From NCBI GenBank assembly GCA_016794005.1, contig JAEUKY010000207.1, positions 17,630 to 81,629 on the forward strand: a stretch of 64,000 bases of DNA, written 5' to 3'. Below the pieces are notes generated by a model. That model was not told where the DNA came from, did no database searches, and saw nothing but the letters and a program-made list of their open reading frames with translations. Positions 44,736 to 53,673 of this stretch are shown here, in pieces. The DNA is from Rhodospirillales bacterium. Its GTDB lineage: Bacteria; Pseudomonadota; Alphaproteobacteria; CACIAM-22H2. The first letter of the stretch is position 1. Each line of letters opens with the position of its first letter. The translations under genes and the position numbers were made by a program.

Positions 44736-46034
44736 ATGGCCCGCATCATCGGGGCGATCGCCGCCTCGCACACGCCGACGATCGGCTTTGCCTTCGACAA
44801 GAAGAAGCAGGACGACCCGGTCTGGGCGCCGATCTTCGAATCCTTCGCGCCCGTGCGCACGTGGATCGAGGCGAAGAAGCCCGACGCGTTCGTTTTCGTT
44901 TTCAACGACCACGTGACGTCGTTCTTCTTCGACCACTATTCAGCCTTCGCGCTGGGCATCGGCGAGCGCTACGCCGTCGCCGACGAGGGCGGAGGTCCGC
45001 GCGACCTGCCGCCGGTCGACGGACACACGCGGCTTGCCCAGCATATCGGCGCGTCGCTGGTCGCCGACGAGTTCGACATGTCCTTCTTCCAGGACCGCCC
45101 GCTCGACCACGGGTGCTTCTCGCCGCTGAGCATGATGATGGAGAGCAAGCCGAAATGGCCCGTTCCCATCGTCCCACTGCAGGTCGGCGTGCTGCAATTC
45201 CCGATCCCGTCGGCGTCGCGCTGCTTCCGCCTCGGCAAGGCGCTGCGCCGCGCGATCGAAAGCTATCCCGAGGACATCTCGGTCGCGATCGTGGCGACCG
45301 GCGGCCTTTCGCATCAGGTGCACGGCGAGCGCGCGGGCTTCAACAACACTCCGTGGGACATGCGCTTCCTCGACATGATCGAGAAGGATCCCGAGACGCT
45401 GGCGCGCATGACGCATGCAGAGTACGCCACGCTCGGCGGATTCGAGGGCGCCGAGGTCATCATGTGGCTGATCATGCGCGGCGCCCTTTCCGCCCGCGTG
45501 AACCGGATCCACCAGACCTACTACCTGCCCTCGATGGCGGGCATCGCGACTGCGATCTACGAGAACGCCGGCGAGCCGCCGCCGGATGCCGAGGCCGGTC
45601 GGCACCGCGCGCATGTCGGCCACCAGCTTGCCGGCGTGGAGGCGCTATCCGGCACCTACCCCTTCACGCTGGAGCGCAGCGTGAAGGGATACCGGATCAA
45701 CAAGTTCCTTCACGCACTGATCGCACCTGCCGTCCGGGCAAGGTTCCTCGCCGATCCGGAGACCTGCTTTGCCGAAGCCGGGCTTTCCGACGAGGAGCGC
45801 GACCTGATCCGGCGGCGCGACTGGCGCGGCCTCATCCGCTACGGCGCGATCTTCTTCATGCTCGAAAAGCTGGGCGCCGTCGTCGGCGTGTCGAACCTGC
45901 ACATCTATGCGGCCATGCGCGGGCAGACGCTGGAAGAGTTCCAGAAGACGCGCAACGCGCCGGGAGCACTCTATTCGGTCGCCGGCACCGACAAGGGCAA
46001 GACCGATTGGGCCGCATCGTCCGGCCGAACCTAG
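44736..46034 (+). CDS. galA: Fused LigB-LigA type extradiol dioxygenase, gallate dioxygenase-like
   Basis: Part of ORF 44091..46034, ATG at 44736 (MARIIGAIAASHTPTIGFAFD), 432 aa. LigB-like catalytic N-domain (FNDHVTSFFF, ATGGLSHQVHG) is fused to a LigA-like C-domain (YRINKFLHAL...RDWRGLIRYGAIFFMLEKL). Confidence 0.8.
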   Translation: MARIIGAIAASHTPTIGFAFDKKKQDDPVWAPIFESFAPVRTWIEAKKPDAFVFVFNDHVTSFFFDHYSAFALGIGERYAVADEGGGPRDLPPVDGHTRLAQHIGASLVADEFDMSFFQDRPLDHGCFSPLSMMMESKPKWPVPIVPLQVGVLQFPIPSASRCFRLGKALRRAIESYPEDISVAIVATGGLSHQVHGERAGFNNTPWDMRFLDMIEKDPETLARMTHAEYATLGGFEGAEVIMWLIMRGALSARVNRIHQTYYLPSMAGIATAIYENAGEPPPDAEAGRHRAHVGHQLAGVEALSGTYPFTLERSVKGYRINKFLHALIAPAVRARFLADPETCFAEAGLSDEERDLIRRRDWRGLIRYGAIFFMLEKLGAVVGVSNLHIYAAMRGQTLEEFQKTRNAPGALYSVAGTDKGKTDWAASSGRT

Positions 46035-47803
46035 GCCGGCGCCACGAAGTTGCACAGCAGCCGCAACGCGCCCAGCGTGCCGAACTCGATCTCGTTGTGG
46101 AGCGCCAGCGCCACATGCGTATGCCGGCCCTTCCCGAAGCGGCCGGAAAGCACGCTGCCGGCATGCGGTGCTTCGCCCGGATCGGTCACGCGCAACAGAG
46201 GCTCATAGGCCGGATCCCACGCGCTGGCGAAATAGAGGCCGCGTTCGCGCTGCCAGCCCCACCAATCGGCCGGCCCGATCCGGTTGGGAAAGTTCATCAG
46301 GGGATGATCGGGTATGGCGATCTCGACCGGGGCTCCGGGATCGCATGCGCGCCAGCGGATGCTCGGCCGGCCGATCTCGATGCGGGCAAGCGGCATCCGG
46401 TCCGGCAGCCAGCTCCCGCCCCCACGATGATACATCGTCACGAGATGCCCGCCCGCGCGGACGAAGTCGTGCAGCACCGCGACATTCGCGCACAGGTCGG
46501 CGCGCCGCTCGAACGCACGGATGCCGACAAGCACTGTCGTGAAACCGCCATGCGCGAGCGCGGCCGGATCGAGATCGCGCATGTCGACCACATCGATGCC
46601 GAGTGCGGCAATCCATTCCGCGATCGTGTCGAGACCGCCGCCCAGATAGGCGACGTGCGTACCCGTCGGCCGGGCGATCCCATTGCTCGGCACGTCGCGG
46701 ACGACCGAGGGTGCAGGCGGACGGATTGCCGGCATCGGACAGCGGCCTGAATCCTCCGCCGCGAGGCAGATCGCCGCTCGCAATTGCGCGCCCTTTCGCG
46801 CAAGCCGGCCGGCGAGCGGCTCCGGCGCGCGGATCGTCGCAAGAACCTTGCGTGCTTCTTCCAGATATCGGCGAACCGCCGCACGATCCGGCATGTCGGC
46901 TCGCGCCTGCTCGACGAGATCCTGCACCGCACCCAGTGCGGCAATCCCCGTCGCATCCGCCAGCTCGCGCAGCGTGGCGGGAAGCGATTGGCCGAGCCGG
47001 TTGGCAATGACGGTTGCACCATCGTTGCGCGCGACGAGCCGCAGCGAGACTTCGCGAGCGCCCGCCTCGATCCACCGCCCCATCTCCTGCGTGCGATGGC
47101 AGGCGCGCGACCACTCGCCGATCCGCGCGTACGGGACGCCGTTTGCCGGATCGCATTCGCCGGTATCGAATACGACATGCCCCGCCAGCGACGGCGTCTC
47201 GTCGTCGTACGATCCGTCGGCTCCCGACCAGGCCGGCTCGTAGAGAAGTGATGGAGCCCAGACGGCGTCGCCTGCAATACGGAACGCTTCCGCGGTCAGC
47301 CGCGAGATCGCCCGGTGGTGCCCGTGCTGGCCGCCGACGTCGCGAAACGTGGTGCACAGGATGTCGGGACGTACTCGCCGGATGCAGCGTACGAGGCGTT
47401 CGAGCGCGTGCGCGTGTCCCCAGCGGCGCAACGTGTCTTCGGCGCTCTTCGAGAATCCGAAATCGCGCAACGCTTCGTCGCCCGGCTCCGCCAGCCAATG
47501 TATCGAGATGCCGAGCCGGGCGGCGGCGGCCTCCATCTCGTCGGTCCGCAAGGCGCCGAGCGCCGCGTTCCGCTCCGGCCCCAGCGCGTTCTGCCCGCCC
47601 TCGCCGCGCGTGGCGCACGCATAGCCGACCGACACCGCGTGCCTTCGCACGAGCATCGCGAGCAGGCCGCTCGTCTCGTCGTCCGGGTGCGCACCGACCT
47701 GCAGGAACGACAGAACGCCCGGGAGGCCGCGAAGGGCAAGCTCCAGCCCCCAGGTGCGGTCCGCGGCCGCCTCGGCTTCCAGCCGCGACGCGTCGGCGCT
47801 CAT
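46031..47803 (-). CDS. PIG-L/LmbE-family deacetylase fused to a C-terminal alpha/beta domain (590 aa)
   Basis: 590-aa ORF. N-terminal LmbE motifs (VLSFLQVGAHPDDETSG, GGQHGHHRA). The C-terminal roughly 210 aa (THVAYLGGGLDTIAEWIAALGIDVV...HLVTMYH) tentatively resembles class-I GATase-like/ThuA-type folds. Confidence 0.8.
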   Translation of the reverse strand: MSADASRLEAEAAADRTWGLELALRGLPGVLSFLQVGAHPDDETSGLLAMLVRRHAVSVGYACATRGEGGQNALGPERNAALGALRTDEMEAAAARLGISIHWLAEPGDEALRDFGFSKSAEDTLRRWGHAHALERLVRCIRRVRPDILCTTFRDVGGQHGHHRAISRLTAEAFRIAGDAVWAPSLLYEPAWSGADGSYDDETPSLAGHVVFDTGECDPANGVPYARIGEWSRACHRTQEMGRWIEAGAREVSLRLVARNDGATVIANRLGQSLPATLRELADATGIAALGAVQDLVEQARADMPDRAAVRRYLEEARKVLATIRAPEPLAGRLARKGAQLRAAICLAAEDSGRCPMPAIRPPAPSVVRDVPSNGIARPTGTHVAYLGGGLDTIAEWIAALGIDVVDMRDLDPAALAHGGFTTVLVGIRAFERRADLCANVAVLHDFVRAGGHLVTMYHRGGGSWLPDRMPLARIEIGRPSIRWRACDPGAPVEIAIPDHPLMNFPNRIGPADWWGWQRERGLYFASAWDPAYEPLLRVTDPGEAPHAGSVLSGRFGKGRHTHVALALHNEIEFGTLGALRLLCNFVAPA

Positions 47804-48957
47804 GCGCGCGACATCGCCGCCCGCGTCGCCAAGTGCGGCGCTTCCCGGCCGTAGAGCGGCAGCGACGCGGCCCCGCGCGCGGCACTATAGGGGCCGCACT
47901 CGCCCTGCAGGACACGCGAGCTGGGCCTCGGGGCCAACGGCGGCGGTAGTTGGCCGAGCCGCGCGACGACGCCTTCGACGAGTTGCGGCGACAGCCCGGC
48001 GACGAGGACCGTATCGGGGTCGAAGAGGTTCTCGATCATGACGATGGCGTCAGCGAGCCGGCTTGCTGCACCGTCGAGCCAGTGCGCCAACGCCTTCGCA
48101 TCGACGCTCGCGTCGAGGGCCGATACGCCGAGATCGGCAAGTGCCGCCTCAAGCGAGACATAGCGTTCGAGACAGCCGCGCTGGCCGCAGAAACACGGCC
48201 GCCCGCCCGGCTCGATGACGACATGGCCGATCTCACCGGCGTTACCCGTCGCGCCGCGATAGAGGCGGCCATCGAGCACGAGGCCGAGCCCCAGACCCCG
48301 CCCCATATAGAGGCAGGCGACCCGCGCGAAACGGCGGCCGGCACCCAGCAGGTGCTCTCCAAGGGCCGCGGCGGCGGCATCGTTCTCGATCACGACGTCG
48401 TATCCCAGCGCTTCGGTCAGGACCGCCGCCGGATCGGCGAGTTCTTCCCATCCCGGCAACTCCGTGCTGCGCCGCCCGCCCGAAACGCCGCCGGCCGGCC
48501 ACGGTGCCACGATCCCCACGCCGACGATCGGCCCGGTGGTGCTGGTCGCGGCAAGTGCCGTGAAGCTCCGGATGACTTTCGGGAGCGTGCGCGCGACGGT
48601 CTGCGGATCGGCGGACGGCAGCGGCACCGTCTTCTCGCGCAATACCGCCCCCGCGAGATCGGCAAGCACGACGACCATCGCGTCGTGGCGCAGTTCGACC
48701 CCGATCGTCGTACCGCCGGTGGGATCGATGGCGAGGTCGAGGGGCGGCTGTCCGCGCCCACCGCGTCGCCGGCCGGCATTGCGCACGAGGCGGTCTCGCA
48801 GAAGTTCGTCTGCGATGTTCGTGACGCCCTGCGCCGACAGACCGGTAAGTCGCGCAAGATCGGCCCGGCTCAGCGTTCCGTGCCGGCGGAGCGCCTGCAG
48901 CACGACGCGCCGGTTGTGCTCGCGCGTGTCGTAGACGTTGGAAGGCAGGTCGCGCAT
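47800..48957 (-). CDS. ROK-family transcriptional regulator
   Basis: 385-aa ORF. N-terminal wHTH (RADLARLTGLSAQGVTNIADELLRDRLV). ROK zinc motif (GHVVIEPGGRPCFCGQRGCLE). The stop overlaps the start of the PIG-L gene (ATGA at 47800-47803). Confidence 0.9.
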   Translation of the reverse strand: MRDLPSNVYDTREHNRRVVLQALRRHGTLSRADLARLTGLSAQGVTNIADELLRDRLVRNAGRRRGGRGQPPLDLAIDPTGGTTIGVELRHDAMVVVLADLAGAVLREKTVPLPSADPQTVARTLPKVIRSFTALAATSTTGPIVGVGIVAPWPAGGVSGGRRSTELPGWEELADPAAVLTEALGYDVVIENDAAAAALGEHLLGAGRRFARVACLYMGRGLGLGLVLDGRLYRGATGNAGEIGHVVIEPGGRPCFCGQRGCLERYVSLEAALADLGVSALDASVDAKALAHWLDGAASRLADAIVMIENLFDPDTVLVAGLSPQLVEGVVARLGQLPPPLAPRPSSRVLQGECGPYSAARGAASLPLYGREAPHLATRAAMSRA

Positions 48958-48994
48958 GCTAGCAAGCCTACGAGGCGCCCGCGATTAGTTCAAC

Positions 48995-49057
48995 GGATTT
49001 GAGTTATTGACTTGGCTAGGCCCCCATGCACTACATAATCGAGGATTTACAGCTATT
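48995..49057 (+). promoter_or_regulatory. Imperfect direct repeats GGATTT..AG.TATT bracketing a weak promoter-like element
   Basis: GGATTTGAGTTATT (48995-49008) and GGATTTACAGCTATT (49043-49057). TTGACT (49007-49012) and TACATAAT (49032-49039) lie between them at a long 19-21 nt spacing. The region is the intergenic space between the ROK gene and the sugar SBP gene. Confidence 0.25.
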
Positions 49058-49105
49058 CGCCGTGGCGCGATGCGAACCGCCCGGCATAACGCGAGGGAGA
49101 TCGGA

Positions 49106-50362
49106 ATGCGGATTCTGAAGAGCCTTGCCGCGGCAGCGCTTCTCGCCGTCGGCTTCGCGGGCGGGGTCAAGGCCCAGTCCGTCGAGATCGAGTACTGGCA
49201 GTACACCTTCGAAACGCGCGTGCGCGCGATGGACGAGCTGATCAAGCGCTTCGAGGCCGCCAACCCCGGCATCAAGGTCAAGCACGTAAACTTCCCCTAC
49301 AACGACTATCGCACGAAGGTTTCGGCCGCGATGGCCGCCGGCCAGGGTCCGGACGTCGTCCAGCTCTTCTACGGATGGCTCGACGACTTCCACAACAGCA
49401 AGATCCTGCAGCCGCTGCCTGCCGCCGCCTTCCCGGCCGCGAAGATCGAGGCCGAGTACTTCCCGATGGTCCGCGAGATGAAGCGCGACGGTGCCTATTA
49501 TGCGCTTCCGACCGCGGTGCGTTCGCTTTCGGTCTTCTACAACACGCGCCTGATGAAGGAGGCCGGCCTCGATCCGGCGAAGCCGCCGGCCACGCTCGAC
49601 GCCCTTCTCGACGCGGCCAAGAAAATGACCAAGCGGGACGCGTCGGGCAACATCACGCAGGTCGGCATCGGTGCCGGCGTGGAATGGCAGGACCAGCATT
49701 GGTGGCGCGAGGTGCTCGTGCGCCAGTTCGGCGGTACGCCGTATTCGGCCGAGGGCAGGCAGGTCACGTACAACTCCGAGGCCGGCCTCAAGGCGCTGAC
49801 CTGGTACGTCGATATGTTCCGCACCCACAAGGTCACGGCGCGCAACTTCATGGACGAGCCGCAGGCCGCCTTCCGCGCCCAGCGTGCAGGACTGATGGTC
49901 GATGGCAATTTCCGCATCGGCGCGCTCGAACGCACCCGCGGGCTGGAATGGATCGTCGCCCCGCTGCCAAGCCACAACGGTATCCGTTCGAACTACGGCT
50001 CCTACTGGGTGAATGGCATCACGGCATCTTCGAAGGGCGCAAAACTCGACGCCGCGACGAAATTCCTCGCATTCGTGACGACTCCGGAGGCGATGCAGCA
50101 CTGGCTCGACGTCACCGGCGAGCTGCCGGCGCGCGAAGCGGCGGCATATTCGAAATCCGCGACCGAAAGTCCGATTTACGGTCCGTTCGTGGCCGGCCTC
50201 AAGGAAGCGCATGCCACGCGCTTCGTCGACGAGTCCGCCCAGCGCCAGTTGGTGATGGACGCGGTAAGCCGCATCCTTCTTGAGAACCAAGATCCGGCCG
50301 TATCGCTGAAGATCATGGCGGAAGCCGAGCAGAAGCTGCTCGACGGCTTCTACAAGAAGTGA
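49106..50362 (+). CDS. CUT1-type sugar ABC transporter substrate-binding protein
   Basis: ORF 49007..50362 trimmed to the ATG at 49106 after GAGGGAG. Sec signal (MRILKSLAAAALLAVGFAGGVKAQ). Family-1 SBP pattern. Confidence 0.9.
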   Translation: MRILKSLAAAALLAVGFAGGVKAQSVEIEYWQYTFETRVRAMDELIKRFEAANPGIKVKHVNFPYNDYRTKVSAAMAAGQGPDVVQLFYGWLDDFHNSKILQPLPAAAFPAAKIEAEYFPMVREMKRDGAYYALPTAVRSLSVFYNTRLMKEAGLDPAKPPATLDALLDAAKKMTKRDASGNITQVGIGAGVEWQDQHWWREVLVRQFGGTPYSAEGRQVTYNSEAGLKALTWYVDMFRTHKVTARNFMDEPQAAFRAQRAGLMVDGNFRIGALERTRGLEWIVAPLPSHNGIRSNYGSYWVNGITASSKGAKLDAATKFLAFVTTPEAMQHWLDVTGELPAREAAAYSKSATESPIYGPFVAGLKEAHATRFVDESAQRQLVMDAVSRILLENQDPAVSLKIMAEAEQKLLDGFYKK

Positions 50363-50369
50363 CGGAGAC

Positions 50370-50395
50370 GGCCCCGCGGATCGGTCCGCGGGGCC
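50370..50395 (+). terminator. Intercistronic perfect 10-bp stem-loop after the SBP gene
   Basis: GGCCCCGCGG (50370-50379) and CCGCGGGGCC (50386-50395), with a 6-nt loop. It starts 8 nt after the SBP stop and ends 13 nt before the permease ATG. Confidence 0.45.
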
Positions 50396-50408
50396 ATTCC
50401 GGACTGCG

Positions 50409-51302
50409 ATGAGCTGGTACGCGAACAGGACGATCGAGCAGAAGCGTGTCGTCTGGGCTTGGACGTTCCTTGCGGTTCCGCTCGCCTTCTACGTCCTCGT
50501 CCGCTTCTATCCGACACTCGAATCGTTCTACGTCTCGCTCCATTCCTGGCGCCTGATCGGCGAACGGCGCTGGGTCGGTCTCGACAACTATGTCCGCCTT
50601 GCGACCGATCCGGTATTCTGGAAGGTCTTCGCGAACACGTTCATCTACCTGATCGTCGGCACGCCACTTTCGATCGTGCTCTCCTTCGTCGTGGCCTATC
50701 AGCTCGATCGCGTGCGCTTCATGCACGGCTTCATCCGGGCGCTCTATTTCCTTCCGTTCCTGACGACGGCGGCGGCGATGGCGTGGGTCTGGCGCTGGTT
50801 CTACCAGCCGGTCCCGATCGGCGTGATCAACAACGCGCTCGCGAGCCTCGGCATCCCGCAGATCACGTTCCTCGCATCGACCACGAACGCGCTTCCGGCA
50901 ATCCTCGCGACCGCGATCTGGCACGGGCTGGGCTTCCAGGTGATCATCTTCATGGCCGGCCTGCGCGCGATCCCGACCAGCTATTACGAGGCGGCCCGCA
51001 TCGACGGCGTGACGGACTGGACGATCCTGCGTGAGATCACTATTCCGCTGATGCGGCCGACCGTCATCTTCCTGGTCGTGTTCTCGTCGATCGGATACCT
51101 GCGGATATTCGATCAGGTCTACAACATGACAACGAACGATCCGGGCGGTCCGCTGGATTCGACGAAGCCGCTCGTGCTGCTGATCTACCAGACCGCGTTC
51201 CGCTCCTACGAGCTTGGCTACGCAGCGGCGCAGACCGTGGTTCTGTTCGTCGTGCTGCTCGCCATTTCCCTCCTCCAGCTCCGCCTGATGAAGGATCGCT
51301 GA
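50409..51302 (+). CDS. CUT1-type sugar ABC transporter permease (MalF/UgpA-like)
   Basis: 297-aa ORF. Conserved loop (YYEAARIDGVTDWTILREITIPLMRPTVIFL). Confidence 0.9.
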   Translation: MSWYANRTIEQKRVVWAWTFLAVPLAFYVLVRFYPTLESFYVSLHSWRLIGERRWVGLDNYVRLATDPVFWKVFANTFIYLIVGTPLSIVLSFVVAYQLDRVRFMHGFIRALYFLPFLTTAAAMAWVWRWFYQPVPIGVINNALASLGIPQITFLASTTNALPAILATAIWHGLGFQVIIFMAGLRAIPTSYYEAARIDGVTDWTILREITIPLMRPTVIFLVVFSSIGYLRIFDQVYNMTTNDPGGPLDSTKPLVLLIYQTAFRSYELGYAAAQTVVLFVVLLAISLLQLRLMKDR

Positions 51303-51304
51303 CG

Positions 51305-52153
51305 ATGGCGACCGCACGGCCGCTCCCGGCATATCTCGCCGGAATCCGCCCCGGCCGCATCGTCGCGTGGACGCTGCTGGCGATCGGCGGCGTGCTGATG
51401 GTCACGCCTGTCTTCTACATGCTGATGACGTCGCTCAAGCTCCCGCACGAGGTCTACCAGCTTACCCTCATCCCGCGTGAGCCGACGCTGGAGAACTACT
51501 TCTACGTCCTGAAAGACGGCCGGTTCATGCGGTGGTTCATGAACTCGCTTCTCATCGCCACTATCGTGACGCTGTCGAACGTCTTCTTCGACAGCCTGGT
51601 CGGCTATGTGCTCGCGAAATTCACGTTCCGCGGCCGCTATGTCGTGTTCCTTGCGATCCTGTCGACGCTGATGATCCCGACCGAGATGCTCGTCATCCCC
51701 TGGTACATGATGTCGGCCGCGTTCGGCTGGCTCGACACGACATGGGGCATCATGTTCCCGGGCGTGATGACGGCCTTCGGCACGTTCCTGATGAAGCAGT
51801 TCTTCGAGACCGTCCCCGACGATTTCCTCGATGCCGCGCGCATCGACGGCCAGGGCGAGTTCGCGATCTGGTGGACGATCGCGATGCCGCTCGTCACGCC
51901 CGCACTTTCCGCGCTCGCAATTTTTGTCTTTCTCGGAAACTGGACGGCGTTCCTCTGGCCGCTGATCGTGACGACGTCGCCGAATCTCTACACGCTGCCG
52001 GTGGGCCTGACGACGTTCTCGGTCGAACAGCAGATCGACTGGGAACTGATCATGACGGGTGCGAGCCTCGCGACGATCCCCACGCTTCTCATCTTCCTGA
52101 TCTTCCAGCGCTACATCATCCGCGGCGTCGTCCTCGCCGGGCTGAAAGGATAA
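51305..52153 (+). CDS. CUT1-type sugar ABC transporter permease (MalG/UgpE-like)
   Basis: 282-aa ORF. Conserved loop (FLDAARIDGQGEFAIWWTIAMPLVTPALSAL). Confidence 0.9.
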   Translation: MATARPLPAYLAGIRPGRIVAWTLLAIGGVLMVTPVFYMLMTSLKLPHEVYQLTLIPREPTLENYFYVLKDGRFMRWFMNSLLIATIVTLSNVFFDSLVGYVLAKFTFRGRYVVFLAILSTLMIPTEMLVIPWYMMSAAFGWLDTTWGIMFPGVMTAFGTFLMKQFFETVPDDFLDAARIDGQGEFAIWWTIAMPLVTPALSALAIFVFLGNWTAFLWPLIVTTSPNLYTLPVGLTTFSVEQQIDWELIMTGASLATIPTLLIFLIFQRYIIRGVVLAGLKG

Positions 52154-52157
52154 TCCG

Positions 52158-53663
52158 ATGTCCGTTTCGCAAGCCGGTTCCGACGACCGGTTCCCCGCCC
52201 CCGTCTTCAAGGATACGGTGCTCGCACCGCTCTTCGAAGGGGCAAAGTCCACGTTCGTCGACGCATTCCGCCGCATCGATCGCGCGCACTGCGTCATGCT
52301 CCACGAGACCGGCATCCTGACGGACGCGCAGGCTGGCGCCATCGCGAAGGCGCTTGCCGACATCGAGAAGTCGCTCGACCTGAAATCGATCCCCTATACC
52401 GGCGAGGTCGAGGACCTCTTCTTCCTGATCGAGCACGCGCTGCGCGAGCGCCTCGATCCGGACGTCGCCGGCCGGCTCCATACAGGACGCAGCCGCAACG
52501 ACATCGACCACACGATCTTCAAGATCGTGCTGAAGGAGCGGATCGACACGCATCTTGCGAAGATGCGTGCACTTCTCGACACGACGATCGCCAAGGCGAC
52601 GGCGGAAACCGGAACGCTCGTCGTCGCCTACACGCACGGTCAGCCCGCACAGCCGACGACGTTCGGGCATTATCTGGCCGCCTATATCGAGATCCTTATC
52701 GCGGACATCGAGCGCCTCATCGCCGCGCGGGCCGTCGTCGACCAGAGCTCGATGGGTGCCGGAGCCATCACGACGACCGGATTCCCGCTGGATCGCGGCC
52801 GGATGGCCGAACTGCTCGGCTTCGCGCGCATTCGCCAGAACAGCTACGGATGCATCGCGGCGGCTGACTATGTGACCGCCCCCTATTCCGCCCTGCGCCT
52901 TTCGATGCTGCATCTCGGCCGCATCGTGCAGGATTTCCAGTACTGGTCCGGATTCGAGGTCGGCCAACTCCACGTGCCCGACGGCTTCGTGCAGATCTCG
53001 TCGATCATGCCGCAGAAACGCAACCCCGTGCCGATCGAGCACACGCGCCTGCTCGCGTCGCTTGCGGCCGGCCGCGCCGAGACCGCGGTTTCGATCGTGC
53101 ACAACACGCCGTTCACCGACATGAACGACATCGAAGGCGAGGTACAGGCCGCCTGCCACGCCGCCTTCGTCGATGCCGGTCGCGCCACCGACCTGCTGGC
53201 GGGCCTGATCCGCGCCGTGCGGATCAACGCCGCGCGCGTGTCGGCCAATCTCGACCGCAGCTGCGCCACGATCACCGAGCTTGCCGACAGCGTCGTACGC
53301 GAGGAAGGCCTTTCCTTCCGGCAGGCGCACGAGATCGCCGCCGCGACCGCGCGCGCCGTCGTCGCGGCCGGCTCCTCGCTCGCCGCCAGCTACGCGCCGT
53401 TCGCCGAGGCGTTCCGGCACGCCGCCGGACGACCTGCGAAGATGGACGAGGCCCGCTTCCGCACCGTCGTGTCGCCCGAGAATTTCGTCGCCGTGCGCAA
53501 ACGCCCGGGCGGCCCGGCGCCCGAGCCGATGCGCGAGGCCCTTGCCGGATACCGCGCACAGGCCGCGGCATTCTCGAAGCAGGCATCCGACATCGCGAAA
53601 CGCGAAAGCGCCCAAGCCGAAGCGCTCGACACGACCTTCAACCGACTTGCCGCGCGCGGATAG
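52158..53663 (+). CDS. Argininosuccinate lyase / fumarate-lyase superfamily protein (substrate unknown)
   Basis: 501-aa ORF, 4 nt after the permease gene. All three conserved superfamily regions are intact: HTGRSRNDIDHT, YTHGQPAQPTTFGH, ISSIMPQKRNPVPIEH. Confidence 0.85.
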   Translation: MSVSQAGSDDRFPAPVFKDTVLAPLFEGAKSTFVDAFRRIDRAHCVMLHETGILTDAQAGAIAKALADIEKSLDLKSIPYTGEVEDLFFLIEHALRERLDPDVAGRLHTGRSRNDIDHTIFKIVLKERIDTHLAKMRALLDTTIAKATAETGTLVVAYTHGQPAQPTTFGHYLAAYIEILIADIERLIAARAVVDQSSMGAGAITTTGFPLDRGRMAELLGFARIRQNSYGCIAAADYVTAPYSALRLSMLHLGRIVQDFQYWSGFEVGQLHVPDGFVQISSIMPQKRNPVPIEHTRLLASLAAGRAETAVSIVHNTPFTDMNDIEGEVQAACHAAFVDAGRATDLLAGLIRAVRINAARVSANLDRSCATITELADSVVREEGLSFRQAHEIAAATARAVVAAGSSLAASYAPFAEAFRHAAGRPAKMDEARFRTVVSPENFVAVRKRPGGPAPEPMREALAGYRAQAAAFSKQASDIAKRESAQAEALDTTFNRLAARG

Positions 53664-53673
53664 GACCCGACGA

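Noticed and set aside
44231-46750. 839-aa plus-strand ORF running through the aldolase, dioxygenase and PIG-L regions; similar long ORFs at 46203..47915(-), 30378..32345(+), 16190..17611(-), 19716..20924(-), 20782..22020(-) and 25301..26107(-)
   Set aside because: These are alternative-frame or antisense artefacts. They are Arg/Ala/Pro/Gly-dominated with no motifs, and each is shadowed by a gene with clear family signatures in another frame.
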